Below are positions 9,731 through 20,494 of a stretch of 64,000 nt of DNA, piece after piece. The stretch is from NCBI GenBank assembly GCA_965216785.1, contig OZ244197.1, positions 288,001-352,000 of the forward strand, read 5' to 3'. A program made the position numbers and the translations under genes. The notes beneath the pieces are model-generated. The model worked only from the letters and a program-made list of their open reading frames with translations. It had not been told where the DNA came from and made no database searches. Numbering within the stretch: the stretch's first letter is position 1; every line of letters starts with the position of its first letter. Origin of the DNA: Thermodesulfobacteriota bacterium. GTDB taxonomy: Bacteria > Desulfobacterota_D > UBA1144 > Nemesobacterales > UBA2774.

Positions 9731-12700
9731 ATGCGCCGCAAAATCTTACTCACCGTACTTATTTTCTTCATCCTCGTAATAATCCTTTTAGTAGGCGCTT
9801 TTTTCTTCACCCAGACCCAGTATTTCAGAGATTTCGCCAGAAGGACTACTGAAAGTATCGTAAGCTCAACCACAGGGCAGGAGTTTACGATAGGGAGCCT
9901 TGAAGGAAACTTCTTTAACAATATAAAGCTTACAGACGTCTCATTCAAAGTGGAAGGTGAGAGCTTCGTTACGGTAAAACAAGTCTCTCTCGATTACTCT
10001 ATTCCGCAAATGCTGGATGGCTCTTTACTGTTCAGCAAGATCATTCCCATTTACGATCTGAAAATTAACGAACTTGATGTAAATATGGTGAAGTACAGTG
10101 ACGGTACGTGGAACTTCGCAAAGATCGGAAGCAAAGAAGAGAAGGAAGAAGAGGAAAAGAAAGAGGAGAAGGAAAATACTTTCCCCGATTGGACTATAAA
10201 CCTAAACAAATTTCTTCTTACGAAAGGCGAGATAAAGATTGATGACAGAGAGTCGGGAAAGGTCAGCGCGTTCACGATACCCGAAATAGATTTGAGTGTT
10301 AACTTGATCGACATATTCCGGGAAATAGAGCTTGATTTAAAAAACGCGGATGTCTACGCAACCTCCCCCGAGCTTCGTGTCGAGGACCTCTCCGTTAAAG
10401 CCTACTATTCCCAGGAAAAAGCGGACATAGATAATCTAACAGTATTACTTAACGGCTCTGAGATTAAGCTCAACGCGAAAGCCTCGGCTCTTGAAACGAG
10501 CCCGGAGTTCTCTTACGATGCTTCGGTCTCAAATTACACGCTTGAGAACCTGGGAACTGTAAGCGTAAATACTAAAGGAAGCGGAGAGTTTAAAGATAAG
10601 AAGGAACTGAACGCTAAAGCTAGTATAGAAATTCCGGAGTCCGAGATGCTGGGGAGAAAGCTCACGGGAGAGATCGAGGAAATAAGTGTGAGCGGATCAT
10701 CGCTCAAGATCGGCGGCGGCAATATAAAAAGTGAGCTTGGTGAAATAAAAATTAGCGGAAGCGGCAACCTGTCGCGCTTAATAACAAAAGAGGGCGCGAA
10801 CAACTTCAGCCTCGACGTTTCACTTAACGACGTGAAGACCAAAGAGATATTCTCACTATTAAAAGAACAGAAAGAGACCCAGCCAAAGGGGCTCAACACA
10901 GAGCTCGGCGCGACTTTAAACGCGACTCTACACGCCGAGGCCGATTGGGTCGAACCGAGTGATATGATCGTCAAAGGCAACATAGACGAATTTGAGATAA
11001 AAGGTGATAAAGCAGGTGACTTGAAGTTAGACGGTTTAGTAGAATATACCAAAACGAATCTCGGTATCGACATTACGTCGAGCTTAAGCAAAGTCGATCT
11101 GTCCCAAATACTTGATAACGGCGGTCTCGCGAGCCAGATCACTTCTGAGCTTGCTATTAAAGGTAATATTCCCCTTGAAGGGAATGTCCTTCAAAGCTTA
11201 TCGGCCCAAGTGAAGGGGGATATTGAGCCCTCAAGCATATTCGGTATCGATATAACAAACGGCAACGTGGATATATCGCTTGAAAATGAGTTTCTGGACG
11301 TAAAGGCACTAGCTATAAACTCGAACGATTTCACTCTCACAGCACGAGGCAATAAAGCGAGCGGACAAGGTGTTGATCTGAACTACGAGCTTGAAGCTAA
11401 GGACTTGAGCTTCGTCTCAAGCTTTGTATCGGACACCGAGTTTGCAGGAGCTTTGAAAGCCACGGGGGACGTAAAGGGTGAGCTAACCAGCCCACAAGTG
11501 AGCATCGATCTTGAGGCAACTGAGTTGAACGTAAAAGAAGGAATGGGCGCAGAGAACATGACTCTTAAAGGAAACGGCACTATTGATCTTGCAAACCCTG
11601 ATCTGAAAGCTGAATTAAAGATAACTAACGCCATGGTCGACAACAGAGTTTTTGAGAGCATCGATGTTAATGCCCGGAGTGAGGCAGGGGGAATTAACAT
11701 TGTCACTGATATAAAAGAGAACGATCAGTTCATTTACGATATTGATGCTTTAATAAGTGGATTGAGCGATCAGCAGAAGAGGATAGAGATAACCGAATTG
11801 AAATTATTTGTAGAGGGCCATGAGCTTGATAACAAAGACAACATAGTCGTCAAATTTGACCAAGAACAGCTGATAGTAGAGAACTTTAACCTTTACCGAG
11901 ATACAAGCTCTATGACAGTAGATGCAAACATTGACTATGACGGCGCTATAAATGTACAAGCAAGGCTTAATAAAATAAGCCTAGACAATATTAGTAAGGC
12001 GCTTCAACTAAAAAAACCGTTTCAGGGCACACTGTCGGCAAACCTGAATGCACAGGGCACTATGGAGAGTCCCCAGATTAACGCGGATATTAAAACCCAA
12101 GGCTTTAGTTATGAAGAATTCCAAAACGATATCTCGCTTAATCTTTCCTACCTCTCTCAGAGCCTAAACCTGAAATTTCTGCTTACAGATGGTTCTTCGA
12201 CAATTATGGACGCAACGGGTAGCGCTAACGTTGATTTAAATTTGACGAAGATCGGTGAGAATCTCGAGAAAGGAACATTCAATCTCTCAATAACATCCGA
12301 GGGTGTAAACCTAAGCCCGGTTGCAAGCCTTGTCGATGAGATCGAAAAGTCCGAAGGGACATTGATAGTGGACCTAAGGGCTTCGGGCAGCTTAACGAGC
12401 CCAAACGTAAACGGGACAATTAGATTAGATGAGGCAACTTTTAAGATAAAGTCTCTTAGAAACGAATTTACATTCACAGACGCGGTAATCGAAATGAACG
12501 GGCAAAGGGGCACATTTAAGAATATGGAGATCGTCTCCGACGGAGGAACCGGGGTTTTCGAAGGCGACATCAACCTTTCCCCGCTCTCTTATACGATTAG
12601 CGGAACCATGGATAAATTCATTATCAAACCCGAGAGGATTAAATCCGCTCTTAGCGGGGATATAAAAGTTAGCGGTGACTCTGACAAACTGGACGTAGCT

Positions 12701-13558
12701 GGGAAGATAACTATAAGCAGAAGTCGCATTACTATTCCCGACGAGCCTCAAAAGGAGGTCGAGGATATCCAGTTTGTAGATGAAGACTCAGAAGAGGAAA
12801 TTCGTATCGGTGAAGGAACGAAAACGGATTTCTTTAAGGATAACGTAGCTCTTGATCTCGAAGTGACGATGACAAAGAACAACTGGGTAAGGGGGCGGGG
12901 AGCCAACATCGAGCTTAGAGGTAACCTTGATATAAAGAAAAAACAGCATGAAAACGTAAGAATTGTGGGTGATATCAGAACGGTTAGGGGAACCTATGAG
13001 AATTTTGGCAAGCTGTTCAGAATCGAAGAAGGCAACGTAAGTTTTTCTGGTGGAACGGAAATTAACCCGTTTCTTGATATAAAGGCTCTCTATAGGGTGT
13101 CTGACAATAATATATATATAAATATCGGGGGAAGAGCTAAATCACCCGAGATAAAGCTGACAAGCGACCCTGCGATGACTGAGACAGACATAGTCTCTTA
13201 TCTATTATTTGGTGTTTCCTCCTCCGATATCGGCTCGAATGAAAGACAGTCCGTTCAGAATGTCGCAACCGGAGTGGCGGGCGGAATTGCCGCAGCTCAG
13301 CTGGAAAGGCTGCTGGGACCCGCAATCTCGCTTGATGTAGTGAGCGTTGACGCAAATCAAGTAGAGGTGGGCAAATACCTGACTCAAGATCTCTATATTG
13401 CCTACAGACGCGCTGCATCCGAATCAATAGTAGACTCCACCAATATAACCACAAATATTGTGCTAGTAGAGTATCAAATATTCAAAAACATAACCATCGA
13501 CGCGGAAGTCGGCGGGGAAAACCCGGGCGCCGACCTATTCTATAATTTCAACTACTAA
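9731..13558 (+). CDS. tamB: Translocation/assembly module TamB (AsmA-like, C-terminal DUF490)
   Basis: N-terminal TM anchor, long beta-rich repeats, C-terminal NPFLDIKA...LTSDP...VGKYLTQDLY typical of DUF490. Confidence 0.85.
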   Translation: MRRKILLTVLIFFILVIILLVGAFFFTQTQYFRDFARRTTESIVSSTTGQEFTIGSLEGNFFNNIKLTDVSFKVEGESFVTVKQVSLDYSIPQMLDGSLLFSKIIPIYDLKINELDVNMVKYSDGTWNFAKIGSKEEKEEEEKKEEKENTFPDWTINLNKFLLTKGEIKIDDRESGKVSAFTIPEIDLSVNLIDIFREIELDLKNADVYATSPELRVEDLSVKAYYSQEKADIDNLTVLLNGSEIKLNAKASALETSPEFSYDASVSNYTLENLGTVSVNTKGSGEFKDKKELNAKASIEIPESEMLGRKLTGEIEEISVSGSSLKIGGGNIKSELGEIKISGSGNLSRLITKEGANNFSLDVSLNDVKTKEIFSLLKEQKETQPKGLNTELGATLNATLHAEADWVEPSDMIVKGNIDEFEIKGDKAGDLKLDGLVEYTKTNLGIDITSSLSKVDLSQILDNGGLASQITSELAIKGNIPLEGNVLQSLSAQVKGDIEPSSIFGIDITNGNVDISLENEFLDVKALAINSNDFTLTARGNKASGQGVDLNYELEAKDLSFVSSFVSDTEFAGALKATGDVKGELTSPQVSIDLEATELNVKEGMGAENMTLKGNGTIDLANPDLKAELKITNAMVDNRVFESIDVNARSEAGGINIVTDIKENDQFIYDIDALISGLSDQQKRIEITELKLFVEGHELDNKDNIVVKFDQEQLIVENFNLYRDTSSMTVDANIDYDGAINVQARLNKISLDNISKALQLKKPFQGTLSANLNAQGTMESPQINADIKTQGFSYEEFQNDISLNLSYLSQSLNLKFLLTDGSSTIMDATGSANVDLNLTKIGENLEKGTFNLSITSEGVNLSPVASLVDEIEKSEGTLIVDLRASGSLTSPNVNGTIRLDEATFKIKSLRNEFTFTDAVIEMNGQRGTFKNMEIVSDGGTGVFEGDINLSPLSYTISGTMDKFIIKPERIKSALSGDIKVSGDSDKLDVAGKITISRSRITIPDEPQKEVEDIQFVDEDSEEEIRIGEGTKTDFFKDNVALDLEVTMTKNNWVRGRGANIELRGNLDIKKKQHENVRIVGDIRTVRGTYENFGKLFRIEEGNVSFSGGTEINPFLDIKALYRVSDNNIYINIGGRAKSPEIKLTSDPAMTETDIVSYLLFGVSSSDIGSNERQSVQNVATGVAGGIAAAQLERLLGPAISLDVVSVDANQVEVGKYLTQDLYIAYRRAASESIVDSTNITTNIVLVEYQIFKNITIDAEVGGENPGADLFYNFNY

Positions 13559-13572
13559 GCACTATAAAATAA

Positions 13573-14001
13573 TCACTGTAAGCTTTCATTAGATGATACT
13601 TCTCCGCCTGGAGTGGGCATAGGGGAAGCGTGATGGACGCTAAGAAGCCACGAGGTGCCGGAGCGTACGAAGATATTGGTAGACTGAGCAAACCCCGACT
13701 GTACTTCGTCTCCCAGCCTGTGGCTTATTTTTTCAATGCATATAACCCAGGCCACATCTCCCGAGACCTCTGCCCTCACATCCGAAAGCTCGATTCCGAT
13801 CGGCCCGCCGTTTTCAAAAATACTTTTCCAGCTCTCACCCACCGCTTCCCATCCGTAGAGCATCGGCCATCCGGGATGAACACATTTGTCTTCCTCACTT
13901 CCTACCCATAGCTCTTCCATTCGCGTAAAGTCACTTTCTTCAATCGCCCGGTAGAAATTCTCATTCGCTGAAATCACTTCTTCTTGTAATTTTTCTTTCA
14001 T
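13573..14001 (-). CDS. SnoaL-like/NTF2 family protein
   Basis: ANENFYRA, CVHPGW, TNIF, VHHAS motifs. Confidence 0.88.
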   Translation of the reverse strand: MKEKLQEEVISANENFYRAIEESDFTRMEELWVGSEEDKCVHPGWPMLYGWEAVGESWKSIFENGGPIGIELSDVRAEVSGDVAWVICIEKISHRLGDEVQSGFAQSTNIFVRSGTSWLLSVHHASPMPTPGGEVSSNESLQ

Positions 14002-14086
14002 ATAACCTCGCCAGACACTCTCTTAAAGAAGGTGTTTGTTCTTATATTTTAACGAAGTATGCGGCAATAAACCATATCGCAAGCTC

Positions 14087-15217
14087 CTAAGCGGAGTTAT
14101 TAGTTATTATTTCAATCTCATCCAATACGGATTGGTCGGACTCATTTTCCTTATGCTCCAGAAGCGTATTCAGCGCCTCAGCGCCTTGAATTTTGTAAAG
14201 CGCCCAGACTGCGTGGGCCCTAACGAGTGGCTCCTCATCCGTAAGAGCGTCCTTTAAGACCGGTATAAACTCTGACTCTCCCGAATTTCCTATAGCAACC
14301 ACAGCGTTTCTGAGCAGCCCTCTTCTCTTGGTCCGCTTTACGGGGCTGCCTTTAAAGAGGAACCTGAACTTTTCCACATCCAAACCCGCAATAGTTGAAA
14401 GCTCCGGGTTGTAGAGCCCTTCTCTAGGCTGAAAAACCGGGTCCGCTGTGGCCTCAGCTTTTCTGTTCCATGGACATACGTCCTGGCATATGTCACACCC
14501 AAACACCTGGTTCCCTATGGCGTCTCTCAGCTCTAGTGGGATTTTGTCCCTCAGCTCTATAGTTAGATATGAAATGCAGAGTCTTGAATCAATCTCATAG
14601 GGCGCTTTAATCGCATCTGTCGGGCACTCGTCTATACACTTCGTACATGTACCGCATCGCTCGGGCGCTGGATTGTCATACTCAAGCTCAAGGCTCGTTA
14701 TGATCTCCCCGATAAAAATCCACGACCCGATTTCCTGGTTTATCAAGCACGTATTTTTACCTATCCAGCCGATGCCGGCGTATTTTGCATAATTTCTCTC
14801 CAGCACGGGGCCCGTGTCTACATACAAACGCATCTGCGGCTCTTGGGGAGTTATCGATTCGATATACCGCCGTAAAGTACTGAGCCTTTCTTTAATTTCT
14901 TCGTGATAGTCATCACCCCAGGCATAGCGAGCGATCCAGCCCCTTTTCTTATCATCGGTCTCAGTTGAGTAAGGGTTGTCGGTGTTGTAATTCAAGCCGC
15001 ATGATATAACAGATTTGGCCCCGGGGATAAAGCTTTTGAGGTCCTCTCTTTTCTCAGGATGTTTACCCATGTAGCTCATGTCCGCCGCATGCCCCTTTGC
15101 AAGCCACTCTTTATAGAACTGGTTTTCGGGGAAAGGACCCACAGAGGAGATGCCCACAAGGTCAAAGAGAGACAGCGCTTTGTCTTTTATAGAGTTCGTT
15201 AGCTCTATAGTATCCAT
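14087..15217 (-). CDS. queG: Epoxyqueuosine reductase
   Basis: ARYAWGDDYH, VDTGPVLER, CxxCxxCxxxCP, RLCISYLTIE, FGCDICQDVCPWN; C-terminal HEAT repeat. Confidence 0.96.
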   Translation of the reverse strand: MDTIELTNSIKDKALSLFDLVGISSVGPFPENQFYKEWLAKGHAADMSYMGKHPEKREDLKSFIPGAKSVISCGLNYNTDNPYSTETDDKKRGWIARYAWGDDYHEEIKERLSTLRRYIESITPQEPQMRLYVDTGPVLERNYAKYAGIGWIGKNTCLINQEIGSWIFIGEIITSLELEYDNPAPERCGTCTKCIDECPTDAIKAPYEIDSRLCISYLTIELRDKIPLELRDAIGNQVFGCDICQDVCPWNRKAEATADPVFQPREGLYNPELSTIAGLDVEKFRFLFKGSPVKRTKRRGLLRNAVVAIGNSGESEFIPVLKDALTDEEPLVRAHAVWALYKIQGAEALNTLLEHKENESDQSVLDEIEIITNNSA

Positions 15218-15281
15218 AGAAACCTATTTTATCACACATTCGTTCGTAGTAGGGTAGTCTCGATATCAATCTGCGGCTTAG

Positions 15282-15797
15282 CTACTCAGACCAGCCGCTC
15301 GGATAGTTCTTAGCTTTGCTAATAAGAAAAGCAATCTCGGTAAGGGCCAGCTGCCCAGTGCCGTACGCCGCGTAGTAAGACTCTTTTTTGACGTCCAGCG
15401 GGGCATCCCCGGTAACGGCGGAAAAACTTACCCTTTGAATTATGGGGAGATCAGAATCATCTCTGCAAATAAAGGCAATCTCACTATCTGTGACAGAGTA
15501 TTCCTCTTTAATTTTATTGTAGAAAGTGATCCTTTGTGTAACGCCTTGATGAAGCATAACTCCCAGGCTTTCCGCGACAGTGGAAATCTCTTCGGATGAG
15601 GACTCGGAAAACGCTATACACTCGACCTCTGAGTCTCTGAGATCTTCTAAAGCGTTGCCATTACTGACTGCCGTGCCTTTCTGTCCTGAGCCGTTAAGTG
15701 AAAACCCTTCGGCATTTACCAAAAGCAGCTTTATATTTGATAGCTTGAGTGTGAGGTCGGATCTTAGCTTTTGAAACAATTTTGCACCTGTGAACAA
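15282..15797 (-). CDS. KdsC-like HAD-family protein with degenerate active site
   Basis: Overall KdsC layout (IKLLLV..., EIAFI..DDxDLP, DAPxxVK) but the DVDG motif reads NAEG. Confidence 0.7.
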   Translation of the reverse strand: MFTGAKLFQKLRSDLTLKLSNIKLLLVNAEGFSLNGSGQKGTAVSNGNALEDLRDSEVECIAFSESSSEEISTVAESLGVMLHQGVTQRITFYNKIKEEYSVTDSEIAFICRDDSDLPIIQRVSFSAVTGDAPLDVKKESYYAAYGTGQLALTEIAFLISKAKNYPSGWSE

Positions 15798-15883
15798 ACT
15801 TTAAGACTTCAAGGAGTTTAGTCCAGATTATACTCTTTTCAAGTAGAGGGGAGTGTTTACGCTATGTATAATCTTAAACAGAC

Positions 15884-16582
15884 ATGATACCGCTTAGAGA
15901 TACTACGAAATCGGGCTCGTTCCCATTTGTCAACTTAACCCTGATTACAATAAACATTTTGGTTTTCTTATACGAGGTTTCGCTAGGGGAAAATATTCAT
16001 AATTTTATTTTAGAATACGGCCTGATACCCGCCAAAGTGTTCTCATCGGCAAATATTGATTTCGGCGACAGAATGCTGCCCTTTATATCCTCGATGTTTA
16101 TTCACGGGGGATGGCTGCACATTATAGGTAATGCTCTATTTCTGTTTATATTCGGAGATAATGTGGAAGCGAGGATGGGCCACTTTAAATATTTAGTGTT
16201 CTATATTGTGTGCGGTCTTGCAGCCGCACTCTTTCAAATAATAACCAACCTAGGCTCTGTGATCCCTATGGTCGGGGCAAGCGGCGCGATATCGGGAGTG
16301 CTCGGCGCATATATTACATTCTTCCCAAAATCAAAAATACTCACACTGATACCAATTTTTTTCTTTATCCAGCTCATACACATACCAGCCGCGATATTTA
16401 TATTCGTATGGTTCATCATACAGTTCCTAAGCGGAGTGGGGTCGCTTGGAGCGGCGCAGGACACCGGAGGGGTCGCGTTCTGGGCACATATCGGAGGGTT
16501 TGTAGCAGGGCTGATACTCGCCCGCTTCTTTCAGAAAGGGGGCCTCAGGGTAGTGGGGAAAGGGGACAGATATTACCACTAA
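15884..16582 (+). CDS. Rhomboid family intramembrane serine protease
   Basis: MIPLRD start, HGGWLHIIGN, GASG, AHIGG. Confidence 0.95.
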   Translation: MIPLRDTTKSGSFPFVNLTLITINILVFLYEVSLGENIHNFILEYGLIPAKVFSSANIDFGDRMLPFISSMFIHGGWLHIIGNALFLFIFGDNVEARMGHFKYLVFYIVCGLAAALFQIITNLGSVIPMVGASGAISGVLGAYITFFPKSKILTLIPIFFFIQLIHIPAAIFIFVWFIIQFLSGVGSLGAAQDTGGVAFWAHIGGFVAGLILARFFQKGGLRVVGKGDRYYH

Positions 16583-16661
16583 GCCCCTTACTAAAAATAG
16601 AGCCGATTCAGGCCATGCGTTCTGCTCTTATGAGTTACACTATAGTCCCCCGTACAAATGT

Positions 16662-17861
16662 CTACCCGCTTGTCATTAAGAACATAGGCTGCATTTCAAA
16701 GCTCTTATAGTAAGGGCGGAGACGCTCTTTATTGTAATACTTCTCAACATCGACAATTTTATTTGAACTCGTGACTACATTTATCGGTACGTTTTCGTAT
16801 CTTCCGTCTCTCATAACCACAAGTAGCCCATGCATTCCTTTCAGAATTAGATCAAGTGCCAAATTCCCGTATGCCATCGGCACAATCGAGTCAATAGCGT
16901 CCGGGTCTCCGCAGCGTACCAAGTAACCGAGCTTCTGCTCTATGACGTTGATTGTCCTTCCTTTATTGTACTTAGGGGAAAGAGCCTTTAGCTGTGATGA
17001 CACCATAGCACCTATACCACCTAATTTCGCATGTCCGAACGCGTCTTTGGCTGCATCCTGAAAAATCATTTCGCCGCCTTCAAACATGGCTCCTTCAGAG
17101 ACGAGCACGACAGAGTAATTGCTTGGATTTTTATCACGGTCCTCTACCATGAGCTCCGTCAGTCTCTCCATATCGAATTTGTACTCGGGGATGACACACC
17201 GGTTGGCGGCTCCCGCCATTGCCGGCAGCATAGCGGTAAAGCCAGCATAGCGCCCGAACACCTCAAGCACGAGGAACCTTTCATGAGAGCCAGCGGAAGT
17301 CCTGAGGTTATTTATCATCATTATAGTTCTGGTCACGCATGTGCTGAAGCCTATACAGTAATCAGTGCCGGGGACGTCATTATCCATGGTTTTAGGTATA
17401 GCAACGACTTTGACTCCCTCCTGAGACAATCTCACACCGTAGCTCAGTGTATCGTCCCCTCCTATCGGAATCAGATATTCCACACCCAGAAATTCAAGAT
17501 TTTTCAGCACTTCAGGGGTGAGATCGTTTATTTCATCTTTATATTTATCCCTTAGGTGCCCAGGGACGTCCGCCTTTTTAACATTGCTGGGACGAGTACG
17601 GGAGCTGTGCAGGAAAGTCCCGCCTGTCCTGCCCACCCTATTAACGAGCTCTTCAGTGAGAACAATATAGTTCTCACTATTGTCGGCGTCTTTATCCCGT
17701 ATTATCTCAAGCGCGCCTGCCCAGCCCCTGCGAATGCCGATTACCTTATACCCTTCCTTGATCGCCCTGATGGTAACGGCCCTGATGGCCGGGTTAAGAC
17801 CCGGGACGTCGCCGCCGCCCGTGAGTATCGCGATGACACGACCATTTTTTATTTTTTCCAT
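16662..17861 (-). CDS. 6-phosphofructokinase, probably PPi-dependent
   Basis: TGGGDVPGLN, GGDDT, PKTMDND, GRYAG. Confidence 0.92.
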   Translation of the reverse strand: MEKIKNGRVIAILTGGGDVPGLNPAIRAVTIRAIKEGYKVIGIRRGWAGALEIIRDKDADNSENYIVLTEELVNRVGRTGGTFLHSSRTRPSNVKKADVPGHLRDKYKDEINDLTPEVLKNLEFLGVEYLIPIGGDDTLSYGVRLSQEGVKVVAIPKTMDNDVPGTDYCIGFSTCVTRTIMMINNLRTSAGSHERFLVLEVFGRYAGFTAMLPAMAGAANRCVIPEYKFDMERLTELMVEDRDKNPSNYSVVLVSEGAMFEGGEMIFQDAAKDAFGHAKLGGIGAMVSSQLKALSPKYNKGRTINVIEQKLGYLVRCGDPDAIDSIVPMAYGNLALDLILKGMHGLLVVMRDGRYENVPINVVTSSNKIVDVEKYYNKERLRPYYKSFEMQPMFLMTSG

Positions 17862-18086
17862 AGTTTGGCCCTCGATGGTGATAGTTATTTACCCTTTTAA
17901 ACCGTGCGGAACTGCACATCTTATGATTATAACTCGAATTTGCAACTGGCCAAGTTTTACAATAATTTGTTAAAGTCCTTGGACTTCACATAGACAAATC
18001 CGGTATACTCTTAGGAATTAATTTAAGCCTGTTACTTAAAAATTGTGCTGTCTTGATTGACATTCAACTTAAAGTGTGATAAATAA

Positions 18087-20450
18087 ATGCCAATGTTTTA
18101 TAAGTATTTTATGCTCCCGGCGGCCTTAACGCTCCTACTCTTAGGATGCGGCGGCAGATCTATCACTTCAAACAATACAGAATCCACTTTTCCGGGAATC
18201 AATATTGATCCAGGGAGCACAGATTCAGAGATCGTTTACGTAGATAACCATAACCAACAAGAAGCTGTTATAGACGTAAAATCGAGCTTCTTTCTGATGA
18301 ACCCTCACCAGCAAGCCTGGACCAGTTATTACCTATTCGAGAGCACTCTGGCTGAATTCCCGGACGTAGCGCCAGAGACCGAACAGGAAATACCGGTTGT
18401 GTACAATGCCCGGGTCATGCACTACGTGAATCAATACCAGAACAGAGGACGCAGATCATTCAGCATTTGGCTTGAGCGCTCGGGGAAATATGTCCCAAAC
18501 ATGAAGACTATTCTCCAGGAAAGGGGGATGCCTACCGACCTCGTGTACCTCTCTATGATAGAAAGCGGTTTTCAAGTCAAGGCTAAATCACATAAAGCCG
18601 CGGTCGGGCCCTGGCAGTTTATTAAACCCACAGCCAAAAGATACGGCCTCAGAGTGGACGCGTGGGCGGATGAGAGGATGGACCCGAAGAAATCTACTAT
18701 TGCCGCGGCAAATTATTTAAGCGACCTCTATGCTATGTTTCAGAACTGGGAGCTCGCGGCGGCAGGCTATAACTGCGGGGAAGACAGGGTGCAGTCTGCC
18801 ATAGACAAGTACGGGATTAACGATTTCTGGCAGATTTCCGAATTCACTCTACCCAAAGAAACAAAGAACTATGTACCAAAGCTTATGGCGGCTCTAATTG
18901 TCGCAAAAAACCCTGAGAAATATGGATTCGTTGGAATACAGTATCAACCTTCCCAGGACTATGAGGTCGCATTCGTACCAGGACAAAAGAGCTTAAAGGA
19001 TATTGCCCAGGTCATAGGAGTTAGCCAAAACACTCTTGTAGAGCTTAACCCCGCGCTTAAATTAAAGGCAACACCTCCGGGAAGTTCATACGATATTAAC
19101 GTTCCTCCCGGCTACGGCGTAGTCGTCGCGCAAAAGAGCGCAGAGCTTCAGGGCCTTAAAAGTGTAAGCACTCAGATAGCAAGAGCCGGAGGAGGCGGAA
19201 CAAAATGGCATAAAGTGAGAAGAGGAGAAACTCTAGGCAAAATATCCGGCAGATATGGAGTAAGTGTTTCCAAGATTAAAAGAGCTAACGGGCTCAGAAG
19301 CTCAACTATTCGTACGGGCCAGTCGCTTAAGATCCCAGGTGTGGCCGGAGGAAGCTACAAGACGCCTTCTCATCACAATACCAGCACAGTGAAATACAAA
19401 GTACGCTCTGGAGATACTCTTGGTGCAATCGCAGCCAGACACAGAGTGAGCATAAGCTCTGTAAAAAGGGCAAACGGGCTCAGAGGATCTCTGATAAAAA
19501 CCGGACAAGTGCTTACTATCCCAGGCTCTTCGGGACGTTATTATGATACGGCGAGAAGCTCGGGTAAATCGACAAAGACCGCAAAATATAAAGTTAAATC
19601 AGGCGACACACTCGGCCTGATCGCATCAAAGCACAATGTGAGCGTTTCTACGATAAAAAGGGCAAACGGGTTAAAGGGCTCGATGATCAGATCGGGTCAG
19701 GTGCTTACAATCCCTTATATATCAAACGGCACGTCCGGCGCGTCAAACCAAAACTATGCCAGAGCCACCAGCACTAAATATAAAGTTAGATCCGGGGACA
19801 CCCTGGGGACTATAGCACAACGTCACGGAGTAAGGCTCTCTACGCTCAAGAGCGCGAATAATATTCACGGCTCTACAATCAGGTCCGGACAGGTGCTTAC
19901 CATACCGGGCTCTTCAAACGCATCCTACAGGGCAAGCGCAAGCAATCACTCTGTGAAATACAAAGTGAAACCGGGAGATACTCTTGGGAGTATAGCCCAG
20001 AGACACGGCGTGAAAACCGCATCGCTCAGATCCGCCAATAATATAAAAGGCTCAACGATCAGATCGGGTCAGGTGCTCACAATTCCAAACGGAAACTACT
20101 CAACAACGAGTAGCTCTAAAAAAAGTAAGCCCAGCAAATACACTGTGAAATCCGGCGATACACTCGGCTCAATCGCACAGCGGCACGGCGTGAAACTTGC
20201 TTCACTTAAGAGCGCGAACAATATAAAAGGCTCAACTATCCGATCGGGCCAGGTGCTCACAATTCCAAACGGAAATTATTCCTCTTCCACAAACTCGAGC
20301 AGTAATGTAATCAGCTATAAAGTAAAGAACGGGGACAGCCTTTGGGGAATCGCCAACAAGCACGATGTCTCGGTAGCCAGTATTAAGAAATGGAACAACC
20401 TTAAGTCGAACAACCTTCAGGCCGGAAAGAAGCTGACTATATATAAATAA
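18087..20450 (+). CDS. mltD: Membrane-bound lytic murein transglycosylase D-like lipoprotein with seven LysM domains
   Basis: Lipobox LLGC; SLT motifs [24 protein letters not shown]; seven YxVxxGDTL LysM repeats. Confidence 0.9.
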   Translation: MPMFYKYFMLPAALTLLLLGCGGRSITSNNTESTFPGINIDPGSTDSEIVYVDNHNQQEAVIDVKSSFFLMNPHQQAWTSYYLFESTLAEFPDVAPETEQEIPVVYNARVMHYVNQYQNRGRRSFSIWLERSGKYVPNMKTILQERGMPTDLVYLSMIESGFQVKAKSHKAAVGPWQFIKPTAKRYGLRVDAWADERMDPKKSTIAAANYLSDLYAMFQNWELAAAGYNCGEDRVQSAIDKYGINDFWQISEFTLPKETKNYVPKLMAALIVAKNPEKYGFVGIQYQPSQDYEVAFVPGQKSLKDIAQVIGVSQNTLVELNPALKLKATPPGSSYDINVPPGYGVVVAQKSAELQGLKSVSTQIARAGGGGTKWHKVRRGETLGKISGRYGVSVSKIKRANGLRSSTIRTGQSLKIPGVAGGSYKTPSHHNTSTVKYKVRSGDTLGAIAARHRVSISSVKRANGLRGSLIKTGQVLTIPGSSGRYYDTARSSGKSTKTAKYKVKSGDTLGLIASKHNVSVSTIKRANGLKGSMIRSGQVLTIPYISNGTSGASNQNYARATSTKYKVRSGDTLGTIAQRHGVRLSTLKSANNIHGSTIRSGQVLTIPGSSNASYRASASNHSVKYKVKPGDTLGSIAQRHGVKTASLRSANNIKGSTIRSGQVLTIPNGNYSTTSSSKKSKPSKYTVKSGDTLGSIAQRHGVKLASLKSANNIKGSTIRSGQVLTIPNGNYSSSTNSSSNVISYKVKNGDSLWGIANKHDVSVASIKKWNNLKSNNLQAGKKLTIYK
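19205..20447 (+). repeat. Intragenic tandem LysM-coding repeats (about 180-195 bp unit)
   Basis: 20041-20100 and 20221-20280 are identical at 55 of 60 positions at an exact 180-bp offset. Confidence 0.85.
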
Positions 20451-20494
20451 GAACTCTCTTATAGGGTGAGAACTCCCGCCCTTCTCAGCAAACT

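Noticed and set aside
19205-20447. Regularly spaced repeats resembling a CRISPR array
   Set aside because: They are in-frame LysM-coding units with synonymous divergence; there are no cas genes or unique spacers.
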